64,000 bases of DNA from NCBI RefSeq assembly GCF_006345805.1, contig NC_043025.1, positions 14,260,001 to 14,324,000 of the forward strand, read 5' to 3'. The stretch comes from Octopus sinensis (Eukaryota). Below, piece after piece: positions 48,132 through 60,234 of the stretch. Every line of letters starts with the position of its first letter. Positions within the stretch are counted from its first letter, which is position 1. The notes beneath the pieces are model-generated. The model saw nothing but the letters and a program-made list of their open reading frames with translations, made no database searches and was not told the origin of the DNA. The position numbers and the translations under genes were made by a program.

Positions 48132-48654
48132 TAGACATTGGAAGATGACTATGACGATGATGATGATGACATAAACACTGGTACAGATTCGCGTACCTGC
48201 ACAGGTAAACGAATTGCGACAGACATGTACAAATTGAGCAGGGGCTGAGAATTTGACCCTGATGACTGGACAAATGATTAAAAAATGTTGATTCATGACC
48301 CCCACACCAAACAAAACAACTGTAAATCTGTGTGTGTGACCGTGTGTGTTGGCCTAATTGTTACAGCAAACAATTAACGATTGTTCACTGTAACAATTGA
48401 ACTGTGTATGAGTGTGTGTGTATGTATATATATATATATATATAAACACACACACATATACACATAAATACGAGCGATGATGTAACAGCGTCAAATTGAG
48501 CTTAGGAAGATTATAAATTTACACACACAGTATTTTGTATGAAGTGAGTGTGTAGCTATATATACATATATATACATGCGTGTGGACAGAACAGAAAAGC
48601 AAACACAGACTCACAGCTCATAAATGTGATTGCATATATATATATATATATGCT

Positions 48655-48850
48655 TTTTACTCTTTTGCTTGTCATTTGCCTGCGGCCATGCTGGAGCACA
48701 GTCTTTAGTCGAGCAAATCGACCCCGGGACTTATTCTTTGTAAAGCCTAGTACTTATTCTATCGGTCCTTTTGCCGAACCGCTAAATGATGGGGACGTAA
48801 ACACACCAGCATCAAGCAATGCTAGGGGGGCAAACACAGACACACAAACG
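48655..48850 (-). mobile_element. Family A 3' half
   Basis: Reverse-complement match. Confidence 0.8.
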
Positions 48851-49164
48851 TATATATATATACACACACATATATATAGACTCACAGCTCATAAATGTAC
48901 AATATATGGTAATGTACAAAATATGAGAGTATATATATATATATATATAACTATTTTACAACTGTTGCAATACTTACAACATTTAATAAAATGATGTAGT
49001 ACGAAACGATCGTACCAAATTACCGGAGTCATTCTTGTTGCTTATTTTGATAATAATCACCCCACAGACTTTTATGGATAACACCAGACAGAATTCTGGT
49101 GCATCTAAATTAAGTACCATATTCATTTGAATCTAAATTTTTGCTGAACTTATATATATATATA

Positions 49165-49559
49165 CTAGCAGTATCGCCCGGCGTTGCTCGGGTTTGTAAG
49201 GGAAATAACTATATAAGCATTTTTAGAGAGTTATAGCCAAAAAATAGGGAAAAAAATGCATTAAAAATGGGAAAAAAATTATGCTAATTTTTTAAAATCG
49301 TTGACTCATCGTAGACATTTTTAGAGAGTTACTTCCCTTATATAATAGCGAAAAAATGCATTAAAATGTAAAAAAAAATGGTAAATTTTTTTTTAAATCG
49401 TAGACTCATCGTAGACGCGCGCTAATACCCAGAAGGGCTCGATATGAATCGCGACTATAAGATACCCGGTTTTGGTTAAACTGCACCGCAAAATGTGGGA
49501 GTAGTTAGGAATCTAAATCGTAGGAGACAGACACACAACTTCTCTTTTATATATAAAGA
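49165..49559 (-). mobile_element. Non-autonomous Helitron, subfamily 2 (same ends as subfamily 1, different interior)
   Basis: Minus strand A|TCTTTATATATAAAAGAGAAGTTG...CCCGAGCAACGCCGGG-CGATACTGCTAG|T. Confidence 0.8.
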
Positions 49560-49579
49560 TATATATATATATATATGAA

Positions 49580-50352
49580 TATATACGACGGGCTTCTTTC
49601 AGTTTCCGTCTACCAAATCCACTCACAAGGCTTTGGTCGGCCCAATGCTATAGTAGAAGACACTTGCTCAAAGTGCCATGCAGTGGGACTGAATTATTAT
49701 ATAATATTATTATATTATTATATGAATAGAAAGCAGTGCTTGTGTAGAGCACACAAACACGGCTACACGTGCGATTATGCGAATATTGATCGATGTAAAT
49801 ACATATTTAATATATGGCAGAGCCGCACCGGCTGTGAGTGTGTATATTTACATATATGCATAATAAATGTCGATAGGCGCAGGAGTGGCTGTGTGTGATA
49901 AGTAGCTGGCTTGCCTCGGGCCGACTAATGCCTTGTGAGTGGATTTGGTAGTCAGGTCGTCACGCAGTGGAGGCGGACAAAATGACATACACACACACAC
50001 ACACACGCGCGCTCGCGACGGGCTTCTTTCAGTTTCCGTCCACCAAATCCACTCACAAGGATTTGGTCGGACCGAGGGTATTATAAGACATTTGCCCAAG
50101 GAGCTACATGGCAGGATTGAACCCAGAACTATTCGATTACGAAGTGAGCTTCCTGGATCACACAGCCAAGCTTGCACTTATCATACACATACGACGGGCT
50201 TCCACACAGTTTCCGTCTACCAAACCTACTCACAAAACACTGGCCGGCCCCCGGTTATAGTATAAGACACGTACCTAAGGTGCCACACAGTGGGACTGAA
50301 CCCGGAATCATGTGGTTGGTAAGCAGGCTTCTTACCACACAGCCACACCTGG
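49580..50352. mobile_element. Cluster of four partial family A copies (minus, plus, minus, minus)
   Basis: cgacgggcttctttcagtttccgtc at ~49586, 50017 and 50192; aggcgcaggagtggc at 49875. Confidence 0.78.
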
Positions 50353-50829
50353 GCATTAATTAGATTTTAACACACAGACGAGGTGCACACAGTCACATGC
50401 AGAGTGCACTTTCCTGCACCAAAGTACACATGCACCCGTATGGTGCATTAAGAGGACATCAGGGTGTTCCGAATACCGTGACATTTAATGGTTCACCTAT
50501 AAAGCCACCTCGAGGCACACCCGCAGAGCATACGCGGCACAGTGGATGGGGATACCTCCGCTATACAAACAACACTGCTATTCAGCCCCAGGTCGGTCCT
50601 GATTGAGCAGGACAATAACTCCTAAGCGCTCCGATTATGACCACTCCTTGCAATTTAATAAGTACCTTGGACTGCATTAACAAACGTGTCCTTTCGTTTT
50701 CAAAAAACTATGCTATGTTATGAAGGAATCTGGTAGCTATTTCTAGCAGGCCATGGCTCCTTACCCGGGTTATTATGCGGTAATATTTATCGTAAACAGA
50801 TGCGTGTGCAGTGAATGATAATTCACACA

Positions 50830-51000
50830 CTCTGTGTGTTGTGTACATTAACATATATACACATATACACATCCGACTATAATACACCATACATATATAT
50901 ATAGTACATCAAATACACATACACAATACTCACACTTTTATACACATCACATTGTGTATATATATATATATATATATATATACATCCGACTATAATACAC

Positions 51001-51036
<36 letters not shown>

Positions 51037-51359
51037 ATCATATACACATACACAATACTCACACATATATACACATCACATTGTATATATATATATATAT
51101 ACACACAGAGGTCGACTTTGACTTTCAGCCTTTCGAGGTCGATAAATAAAGCACCAGTTCCGCACTGGGGTCGATGTAATCGACTTAATCCCTTTGTCTG
51201 TCCTTGTTTGTCCCCTCTGTGTTTAGCCCCTTGAGGGCAATAAAGAAACTATATATATATATATATACACACACATACACACATCCGACTATAATACACC
51301 ATACATATATATAGTACATCATATACACATACACAATACTCACACATATATACACATCA

Positions 51360-51406
<47 letters not shown>

Positions 51407-51420
51407 CACACACACTACAC
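50830..51420. repeat. Three ~110-bp (TA)-rich tandem units; a family B 3' fragment (51105-51250) lies between units 2 and 3
   Basis: catccgactataatacacc at ~50870, 50983 and 51282. Confidence 0.82.
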
Positions 51421-52329
51421 GCATTTAGGCGCACCATAACGGTCCCAGGATGGACAACGAGAGAACCTTTGCCAATTCGTTTTCTAATAAAAAGAAATAT
51501 TTTATATTCCTCGTAACTACCCAGTACACTTTCTCTCCTTCCATGCCCTACCACCACAGACTCTCGTCTCTACTCACATCATGTGTGTGTGTGTGTGAAA
51601 GCTAAATTATTTGCTGTCAAGCACCTTGAGATGAAAGGAAAGACTTTTGCTAAGTAGCTGAGCTCTCAGCTTTGGTATATACATGTGTGTGTGTGTGTAT
51701 ACACACACACATGAAAACATCAAACATACAATGAGCACACATACACACATATATATATATATATACACACGCGAACCAACGTAGACATTTCACATACAGA
51801 CACACACCTGTCTCTCTGTATTATATATATATATATCTACATATATATATATCTACATATATATATATCTACACACATACACATATATACACTACGTCTT
51901 CTTGTGGTGTCCTGTACGTATATATATTTATATATGCATGTATATATACATGTAGATGTAGGTACGTACATATGTTTGTATGTACGCATATATTTTATTT
52001 ATTACACTATATATATATATATACATATATACACAGACACACACAAACCTATACGTATGCTAACATATATACACACACATACCTTCACACACACACACAC
52101 GTGTGTGTGTGTGTGTGTGTAAGGATGTAGATGAGTCAGTCACTAATAACGAAGCAACTACCAATGCAGATGTTGCTCTGACGTAAAAAATAAAAATAAA
52201 AAACTAATAATAAAACAAAACTGAAAATAAATACAAACAAAAAAGCAGCTGAAAAATTGCCGGCAACGGACGGAAAGTTGCCTCCGAGCACCAACACCAC
52301 CACCACCACCACCACCGCCGCTACTGGTG

Positions 52330-53330
52330 GTGGTGGGGGATATAGTACGGCGCTGGTTGTATGAGTGGTTGCGGCGAAGGTTGCACTGATAACAGTATAT
52401 GTGGTAGTGGTAGTGGTGGTGGTGGTGGTTGTAGTGGTAGAAGTAGTAGAGGGTGGTGTTGTATATGCAGTTGTGGTGATGATGGTGGTAGTATTGGTGA
52501 GAGTATAGGCAGTGGTGGTTGTGGTGGTAGTAGTAGTGATGAAGGTGGTGGTTGTATTGGTGAGAGTATAGACAGTAGTAGTAGTAGTAGTGGTGGTGGT
52601 GGTTGTATTGGTAGAAGTAGTAGTGGGTGGTGTTGTATATGCAGTTGTGGTGATGGTAGTAGTAGTGATGCCGGTGGTGGTTGTATTGGTGAGAGTATAG
52701 GCAGTGGTGGTTGTGGTAGTAGTAGTGATGCCGGTGGTGGTTGTATTGGTGAGAGTAGACAGTTGTGGTGGTAGTAGTAGTGGTGATGATGGTGGTTGTA
52801 TTGGTGAGAGTACAGGCAGTGGTGGTTGTGGTAGTAGTAGTGATGAAGGTGGTGGTTGTATTGGTGAGAGTATAGACAGTAGTAGTGGTGTTGGTATAGG
52901 TGACAGTATATGCAGTAGTAGTACTAGTAATGGCAGCGGTGGTGGTAGTGGTGATGGTGGTTGTACAGACGACAGTATAGGCAATAGTAATGACGGTGGT
53001 TGCTTTGGTGACAGTATATGTTATAGTAGCGTTGTGGTGAAGATGGTTGTTGCTGCATAAACAATAGAGTAGCGATGGTTGTATGGGTAGTGGTGGTGTG
53101 GTAGCGGTGATCACAGCGACGGTTCTAGTAGCGAAGGTGGTTACATTAGTCACCGTTGCGGTTACGGCTGTAGTTTTGTATCGATGGTGGTGGCCATGGT
53201 CGTAGTGTTCGTGATAGTGTAGTAGTAGTGGTGGTAGTAGTGCAGTGGTGGTGGCTGTTTAGGTAGTAGTTGTAGCGGTGGTCGTTATGGTAGTTATTGT
53301 GGTGGTCACGGTGGTGGTCAGCCTAGGGTT
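52330..53330. repeat. GGT/AGT/TGT trinucleotide minisatellite with higher-order units (..GGTGGTTGTATTGGTGAGAGTATAG..)
   Basis: ggttgtattggtgagagta recurs about 7 times. Confidence 0.85.
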
Positions 53331-53369
53331 ATAACAATTCGTGTGTCCAGAAGCCTTTACAAGGCCGCA

Positions 53370-53990
53370 GAATTGTCTAGAATTTAGAAATAGCAGCTAA
53401 ACGTCTCTCAAATAATACGTTTATTGCTTTGAAAGAGAGAAAAAAAGGACAGGAGATAATGAAGTCAAGGCAGGACGGTCACGGTTGAGTCGCTTTTCTA
53501 ATTATTAGGTTTGCTCTACCGAGATTGACAGCCTAGGGCTAAACAGCAGGCAGATCACGAGGTGACGCCTCGACCGGCTTGGCACGGCCGGCGGGGAAAA
53601 CACAGCAGTGTCACACACACACACATACCAGCGTCTTAAAAGGGGAGGACACATCGTATAATGTAGTCCTGAAAAACGATGGACTGGATGGTCACGGCTA
53701 GAACGCCTTTAGTAATAATTCTACCCAGCAAGGACCGACCGGGGACTTAAACAACACCAGCCAAATCTCCTTAAATTGACTCCCTTTTGCTTTATAGAAG
53801 GAAGGACACATTAAAGAGGTTTTAGATATCCCAAAACGGGATGGGATGGTCACGGATGGGACGTCTTTAATCATAGGTCTACAAGGCCCCGGGCTGACCT
53901 GTGGTTGAATAACAGCCAAATCGGGAAGGACACACTGTAGCTTTAAATATCCTAAACCCCGAGATGTCATGGGCATACAATGAGAAGACG
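53370..53990 (+). mobile_element. Diverged, CpG-rich family E copies; a minus-strand copy lies at 50570-50765
   Basis: agaaatagcagctaaa, aatgtagtcctg, ggatggtcacgg, cagccaaatctcc motifs. Confidence 0.62.
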
Positions 53991-54259
53991 TCTTTTAAGT
54001 TTAAGTCCCCTTAAAATAACTCCCTGTCGCTTTAAAAAGGGAAGGCCACGGTGGGAAAGTCACAGATCACACGGGTCTGCTGCTTGATCGGGACCGATCG
54101 GGGCCTTAGACAACCAGTTTGTGTCGGTCGCCCCACGTAAAAATAGACACCTTGTACTCTTCAAGCAATTAATGATACCTGGGTACTTTACGGGTGCATT
54201 GTAACCATCAGCTGATAGCTGGGGGGTTAACATCTCTTTGTACCACCCACAATAATACG

Positions 54260-54294
54260 GGATTGCCGGTATGTACACACGTACGTACCTGTGC

Positions 54295-54338
<44 letters not shown>

Positions 54339-54768
54339 TAGTCAACACCCTTATTATAATATATATATACATACATATACACAGTAGTCAACACCCTTAT
54401 TACATAAACCTGTAATAAAGCTTGCGTGTTCATAAATATAATATTGGTGTGTGTATATATGCATGAATACATTCTGCAATAGCATGTATGTATGTATATA
54501 TATGTGTGTGTGTGTATATTGTATGTATTCACTAATTTATTGATATATGTATTGCTTATATATATATATATATAATTAATACAAATTATGTTCCAGGTGT
54601 ATATAACGTCAAATTTGAAAAATCTACGTTCGTGTGCATGTATATATGTGTGTAGTATACACACGCTGATATATATACACACATACAGTACAAGATGGGC
54701 CAAAAGTTACTTCAAAGCTGTTTTATTACCAAATTAGGGTAATTAACTTTTGGCCAACATTATATATA

Positions 54769-54809
<41 letters not shown>

Positions 54810-56407
54810 TATATATATATATAATATATATATACACACACACACATACTACTTAAAAGGATTTAAGTAACCATTTGTGTGTGTGTGTATGTATATATAT
54901 ATATATGTATGTGTATATATATATATATACATATATATGTATATACATATATATATATAAACACACCCCCTATTTCTGTAATGAAAGTATACACACGTAC
55001 AAAGATAAAACGGGTTATACACACCTACTGACAAATCATGGGTGTATATAAATAAATCTACACAATATATATATAAAACACATTTACACATACAAATATA
55101 CATATATTCAACACATACCTCTATATACACACACACATCCAAATACATATATACATTTATATATGTATATAAAACCACTAATTGCCACACACACACACAT
55201 ATATTATATATATATAGTCACGGTAATATACATACATTCAGCCATGCAATACATATGCACAACAGAAGCCGCTTATTGTGATCGCTTTCCTGAACATCAA
55301 CCATCTGATAATAAACAATTATAAACACTCTGATGCTGATAACAATAACCGATCGGTGACGCTGGCCGTGAGTATAATAAGCGGCTTCTTTCTGCACCAT
55401 GGAGATTCCTCGAGGAATCTACCTGAAAGAACAGCCAGGTAGATTTTCCCAGGATTTTTTCCGGGTATATTTTTTAAGGAGGTACCCGATATGTTGTCGG
55501 GTAAATAGATGCAAGGCAGGCTCACCACGTCCACCCGGATGCTTCTGAAATATCAAAGGAGCCGGTTCAAATGTCACATCTACCAGGGTAACCCAGGACC
55601 TTAACAGTGCCAGAACAAGTACCCTACCTGTCTGGGTAGGTACCCTTAGAACGTCAAAGGAGCAACAGATGTTACATCAGGCTGGGAACCCCCTGAAGAT
55701 TAAGAGATCCCTGTTCAAAGAGTCATCTACCTCAGTACCCCGGGACACTAAAAGGAGAGAAACAAATACCTTACCCACCCGAGTACCTCCAGAACACTAA
55801 ATACCCCAGATCAGACACTGTCCACCGACTCGAGTACCCTAGAACATTAAAGAAGGAACAAACAGTGAAAAGTGTTCTGTCCAATGCTCCAAAGATTCGG
55901 CCCACGACAGGTTTTATATTTTATCGACCCCGGAGCGATGAAAGACAACGATCGACTTTGGCAGGATTCGAACTCGGAAGCGGCGAGGTTGAAAAGCCGA
56001 AATAAAAACCGGCGAAACATTTTTATAAAAGGGATTCCGACGCTCAAACGATTCTTTCAAAACACACATATATATATATACACACATACAAGACTTAATG
56101 TGTGTGTATATGTATATACACACTATATATATATATATATAGAAAGATTCCGACATGGAGGCAAGCATATATATATATACACACATCTATAAATACATTC
56201 ATTCCATCTAGGCACACACGTATATACGCAAACATTCCAGCACACACACACACATACATAAATATATATACACACACATATATATGCATGCACGCGCGCG
56301 TATAAACGGCATTCTACACTCAGACTCATATACGCAGTATATATATACATATATATATATATTCACATAGACATACAAAATTATACATATAGATACACAG
56401 ATGTGTG

Positions 56408-56441
<34 letters not shown>

Positions 56442-57119
56442 AGGCGATCGACATCATCCACAGAAATAGCAACAAATACATATATATACGCATATTCAAA
56501 TAAACTCACATTTTATAAATATATACATACAATATACACACTCGTTGTGTAATCATAATACACACACACATTTTATAAATATATATTCATATACACATTC
56601 AAATACTTATACATATTTTAAATAATCATATACATACACAAATAGTCAAGTAGACTTATATATACATATATATGTATATATGTAGGCTTATATATACACA
56701 CACACATATATATATATATATAACACACACACATATATATAGAAGTAGACTTATATATACATATATATACACATATATATATACACATGCAAGTACAAAT
56801 TTTCACACACACACACACACACACATATATATAGACACACACACATATATATATATACACACACACAAATATATATACATACACACACATGCACATAAAA
56901 TACTTATACACATTTGAAATAATCATATACATACACAAATAGTCAAGTAGGCTTATATATACACACACACACATATATATATATACACACACATGCAAAT
57001 ACAAAATTTTTTACACATACACACACACATATATATACATACACACACATATATATATACACATACAAATATAAATTTTACACATACACACACACATATA
57101 TACAAAATTTTTTACACAT

Positions 57120-57170
<51 letters not shown>

Positions 57171-58900
57171 TTCCCACATATATAAATCATATACAAAGAC
57201 CATCAATATACACCTATAACATGAACATACATATATATACATTCTTATGAATAGCAAAAAGTATATATAGTGAAGAATACTTACTGTTGTGGGTGTATAT
57301 ATTTATATAGACTGGTGTCAGATGGCCAAGAAATAAATTAGATTTAAAAGACACCAACTTTTTCCTCTCTGTGTCACCTTTTCATCCGTCCTTCTGTCTA
57401 TATATATCTGTGTATACAACAATCTGAGTGTATATTTATATATATATGTGTGTATGTATGTATAAAGTTACATATTGGAGCTGTTAAGACATTTAAATAG
57501 TTTCTACAGCTTCATATATACATATATATACACATGTATATATATTACAGCCTGTCTCTCCTTTATATATATGTGTGTGTATGTTTATATAGCTTTTATG
57601 TGGTGAACTGGGTGTATATATTTATATATCTTTGCAGATCTGTGTGTATATGCAGAGACAAAGCTATGTATGTTGATAGCGTCGGCTTCCTTCTCTCTCA
57701 ATATATACACCTTGATCTTCAGATCTCTTTATATACGCACAAGGATTTCTGTACAACTGTTTATATAGCAATCTGTGTGTGTATATATGTGTGTATATGT
57801 GTATATATGTGTATATATGTATGTATATGTGTATATATGTGTGTATATGTGTATATGTGTGTATATGTTTATATATATGTATATATATGTGTATATGTGT
57901 ATATATGTGTGTATATGTATATATATGTGTATATGTGTGTATATATGTATGTATATATGTGTATATATGTGTGTATATGTGTATATATGGGTGTATATAG
58001 AGAGACAAAGCTGTGTGTGTGTGTTGATTGCGTCAGGTTATCCAAATGAACTTCAAATATTTTCCGGCTTTCTTTTCAAAATACACCTATATACACTCAC
58101 ACACGTATATATGTGTGTGTATATATATCTGTGTGCAGTAGTACAGCAAAGTGAGTGTATATATATATATATATGTATGTATGTATTTATGTGAGATCAA
58201 GTGAAACAAAGCTGTATATATGATTATATATATATCTGTGTGTGTGTATATAAATATATATATATACGTATGTGTGTGTGTGTATAGCGTCAGTTATACA
58301 TCCAAACACGTTAGTGTCTCTCTCCGGCTTCCCTCTCTATATACACACGCACACGTATATATATATGTGTGTATATACACACCGGTATATCTCCTTTATA
58401 TATACGTATATATATATACAATCACATACAACTGCTTGTACAGCAAACAGTGTATAATAACAATATATATATATACACGTATATAAATATATATTCACAT
58501 ATATATACGAGTGTTTATAGAGGGACGATCAGAGGTGTGTATATATATATATACAAGAGGCGGTGTCAGATTCTACATCCCTCAGCCTCTCCGGCCTTCC
58601 TCTCTTATATACACCTCGATGTATATATAATCTACAGCTGCTATACAATGATCTGGGTGTCTAAATATTCATACATCCATGTAGGTCCGTGTCTATATAC
58701 ACACGTATATTTATAGAGAGAGAGGTGGGTATATATAGAGAGAGAAAGAGAGAGACCCGTCAGATCGAACCCATGGACGGGACACCTAAACCATCCCGGG
58801 TCCTTCCCTCTCTCGATATATATACACCTGTCCCTCACTTAAATGTATGTATATATATATATATGGTTGTGTGTATAGCACACTGGGTGTATATAGTGTC
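54260..58900. repeat. Extended (TA)n/(CA)n/(TG)n low-complexity domain with local duplications; degenerate minus-strand family B at 55890-56060
   Basis: e.g. aaataatcatatacatacacaaatagtcaagtag at ~56620 and 56918. Confidence 0.8.
55256..55397. mobile_element. Small MITE-like element with a 14-bp perfect (~21-bp imperfect) TIR
   Basis: AGAAGCCGCTTATT (55264-55277) / AATAAGCGGCTTCT (55376-55389). Confidence 0.55.
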
Positions 58901-59035
58901 TCTGTGTGTGTGTGCGTGGTGGTAGGCGATCTACATGTGTGGTAAAAGGTGGAGCAAAAGCGACAGCATTCGGTGCCGCTGTCCTTTCGGCTCCTCTCCA
59001 GGTCTTCTTCGCTTTTAGACTTTGCACTCACCTTG

Positions 59036-59066
59036 CCGGAAGTGACTCATACCCGGAGCATGCGCA
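59036..59066. promoter_or_regulatory. Candidate promoter/enhancer motif cluster (ETS, AP-1, NRF1-like) in a CpG-rich island
   Basis: CCGGAAGTG 59036-59044, TGACTCA 59043-59049, GCATGCGCA 59058-59066; motif matches only. Confidence 0.35.
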
Positions 59067-59099
59067 CACGCCGCTCTGCCAACCTGGTGGGGGGAATTA

Positions 59100-59900
59100 T
59101 TATTATTATGGTGATGGTGGTGATGCTGATGATGAGGGTGGTGGTGGAGATGGTGGAAGCTGTAGTGGTGGTGGTGGCGGGAGCGCCGGCATAAATGGTG
59201 GTGGTGTGGGTGGTGGAGATGGTGGAAGCGGTGGCAGGAGCGCCGGCGTAACTGGTGGTGGTGAAGATGATGGTGGAGATGGTAGCGGTGGTGGTGGTGG
59301 CGGGAGCGCCGGCGTATGTGGTGGTGGTGGTGGTGATGATGATGGCGGAGATGGTGGCAGCCGTAGTGCTGGTGGTGGCGGGAGCGCCGGCGTAAGTAGT
59401 GGTGGTGCTGGTGGTGGTGGTGGTGGGTACTATTTAAGAAGAGTGGTCCCGGTGCGCGCATCCGCGCTAGCTAGTCGTGACTAGTCGATCCTTACTTTGT
59501 GTTTTTTTGTTTTATTTACCTTGTTTTTTAAAATTATTTATTTTGTGTTTTATTTACTTTTGCAAGGTAGTCGTTGTAGGATCGACTGGTCACGACTAGC
59601 TAGTGCGGATGCACGCACCGGGACCACTGTTCTTAAGTAGTCACCGGTGATGATGGGTTTGGATGGTAGCGGTGGATGGTTTCGGTGGAAGTGGTGGTGG
59701 TGATGATGAAGGTGGAGGTGGTGGTGGTGATAATAGCAATGGTCTTGATGGTAGTGGCGTTGGTGATGGTGGTGGTGGTGATGGTGGCGGTGGTGGTGAT
59801 AATAGTGGTGGTGGTGGCAGCGCCGGCGTATGAGGTGGTGATGGTGATGGTGATGGCGGTGGCGGTAGTGATGGCGATGGGGGAATTGTAACAGCGTCGG
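59100..59900. repeat. (GGT)n tract with a ~60-bp GGGAGCGCCGGCGTA higher-order unit, split by a MITE
   Basis: gagcgccggc(g/a)ta at ~59180, 59240, 59305, 59382 and 59820. Confidence 0.82.
59426..59645. mobile_element. 220-bp palindromic MITE with ~67-bp TIRs starting GGTAC (Merlin-like ends)
   Basis: The arms GGT-ACTATTTAAGAAGAGTGGTCCCGGTGCGCG.. differ by 5 substitutions and 1 indel; T-rich spacer; TSD unresolvable in (GGT)n. Confidence 0.75.
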
Positions 59901-60234
59901 TGGCGATGGCGGCGTCGGCGGCGGGAAGAAACCGGCGGTCCTCAACACAGATGGACCGCTTCACCTACCTCCATCTCTTCAATGCTTATTCAATTCCCCT
60001 GGTCTTGAATTAAATCACAATCTCTCTCTTACAGACTCCAGATTCCAATGGAGTTCGATTGTTTGTCTCTCAGAATGCCCTTTGTAGGCTCGGTGCAAGA
60101 GGCCCGATGTGGTCGGTTTGAAGGTTTTGGGCGGGAGATGACCTCTTCGAAAAGCTAAGGAATTAAGGAGGCAGACGATCAGTAAATTGAATCTGGAAGG
60201 GTCTGGTGAATGGATGCATGTATGAACCAACAAG

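Noticed and set aside
52136-53153. 282-aa and 331-aa Thr/His-rich minus-strand ORFs (mucin-like)
   Set aside because: Antisense reading of the same trinucleotide satellite; no signal peptide or domain
58906-59484. 192-aa glycine-rich ORF
   Set aside because: Read-through of (GGT)n ending inside a MITE TIR; stop-free by composition
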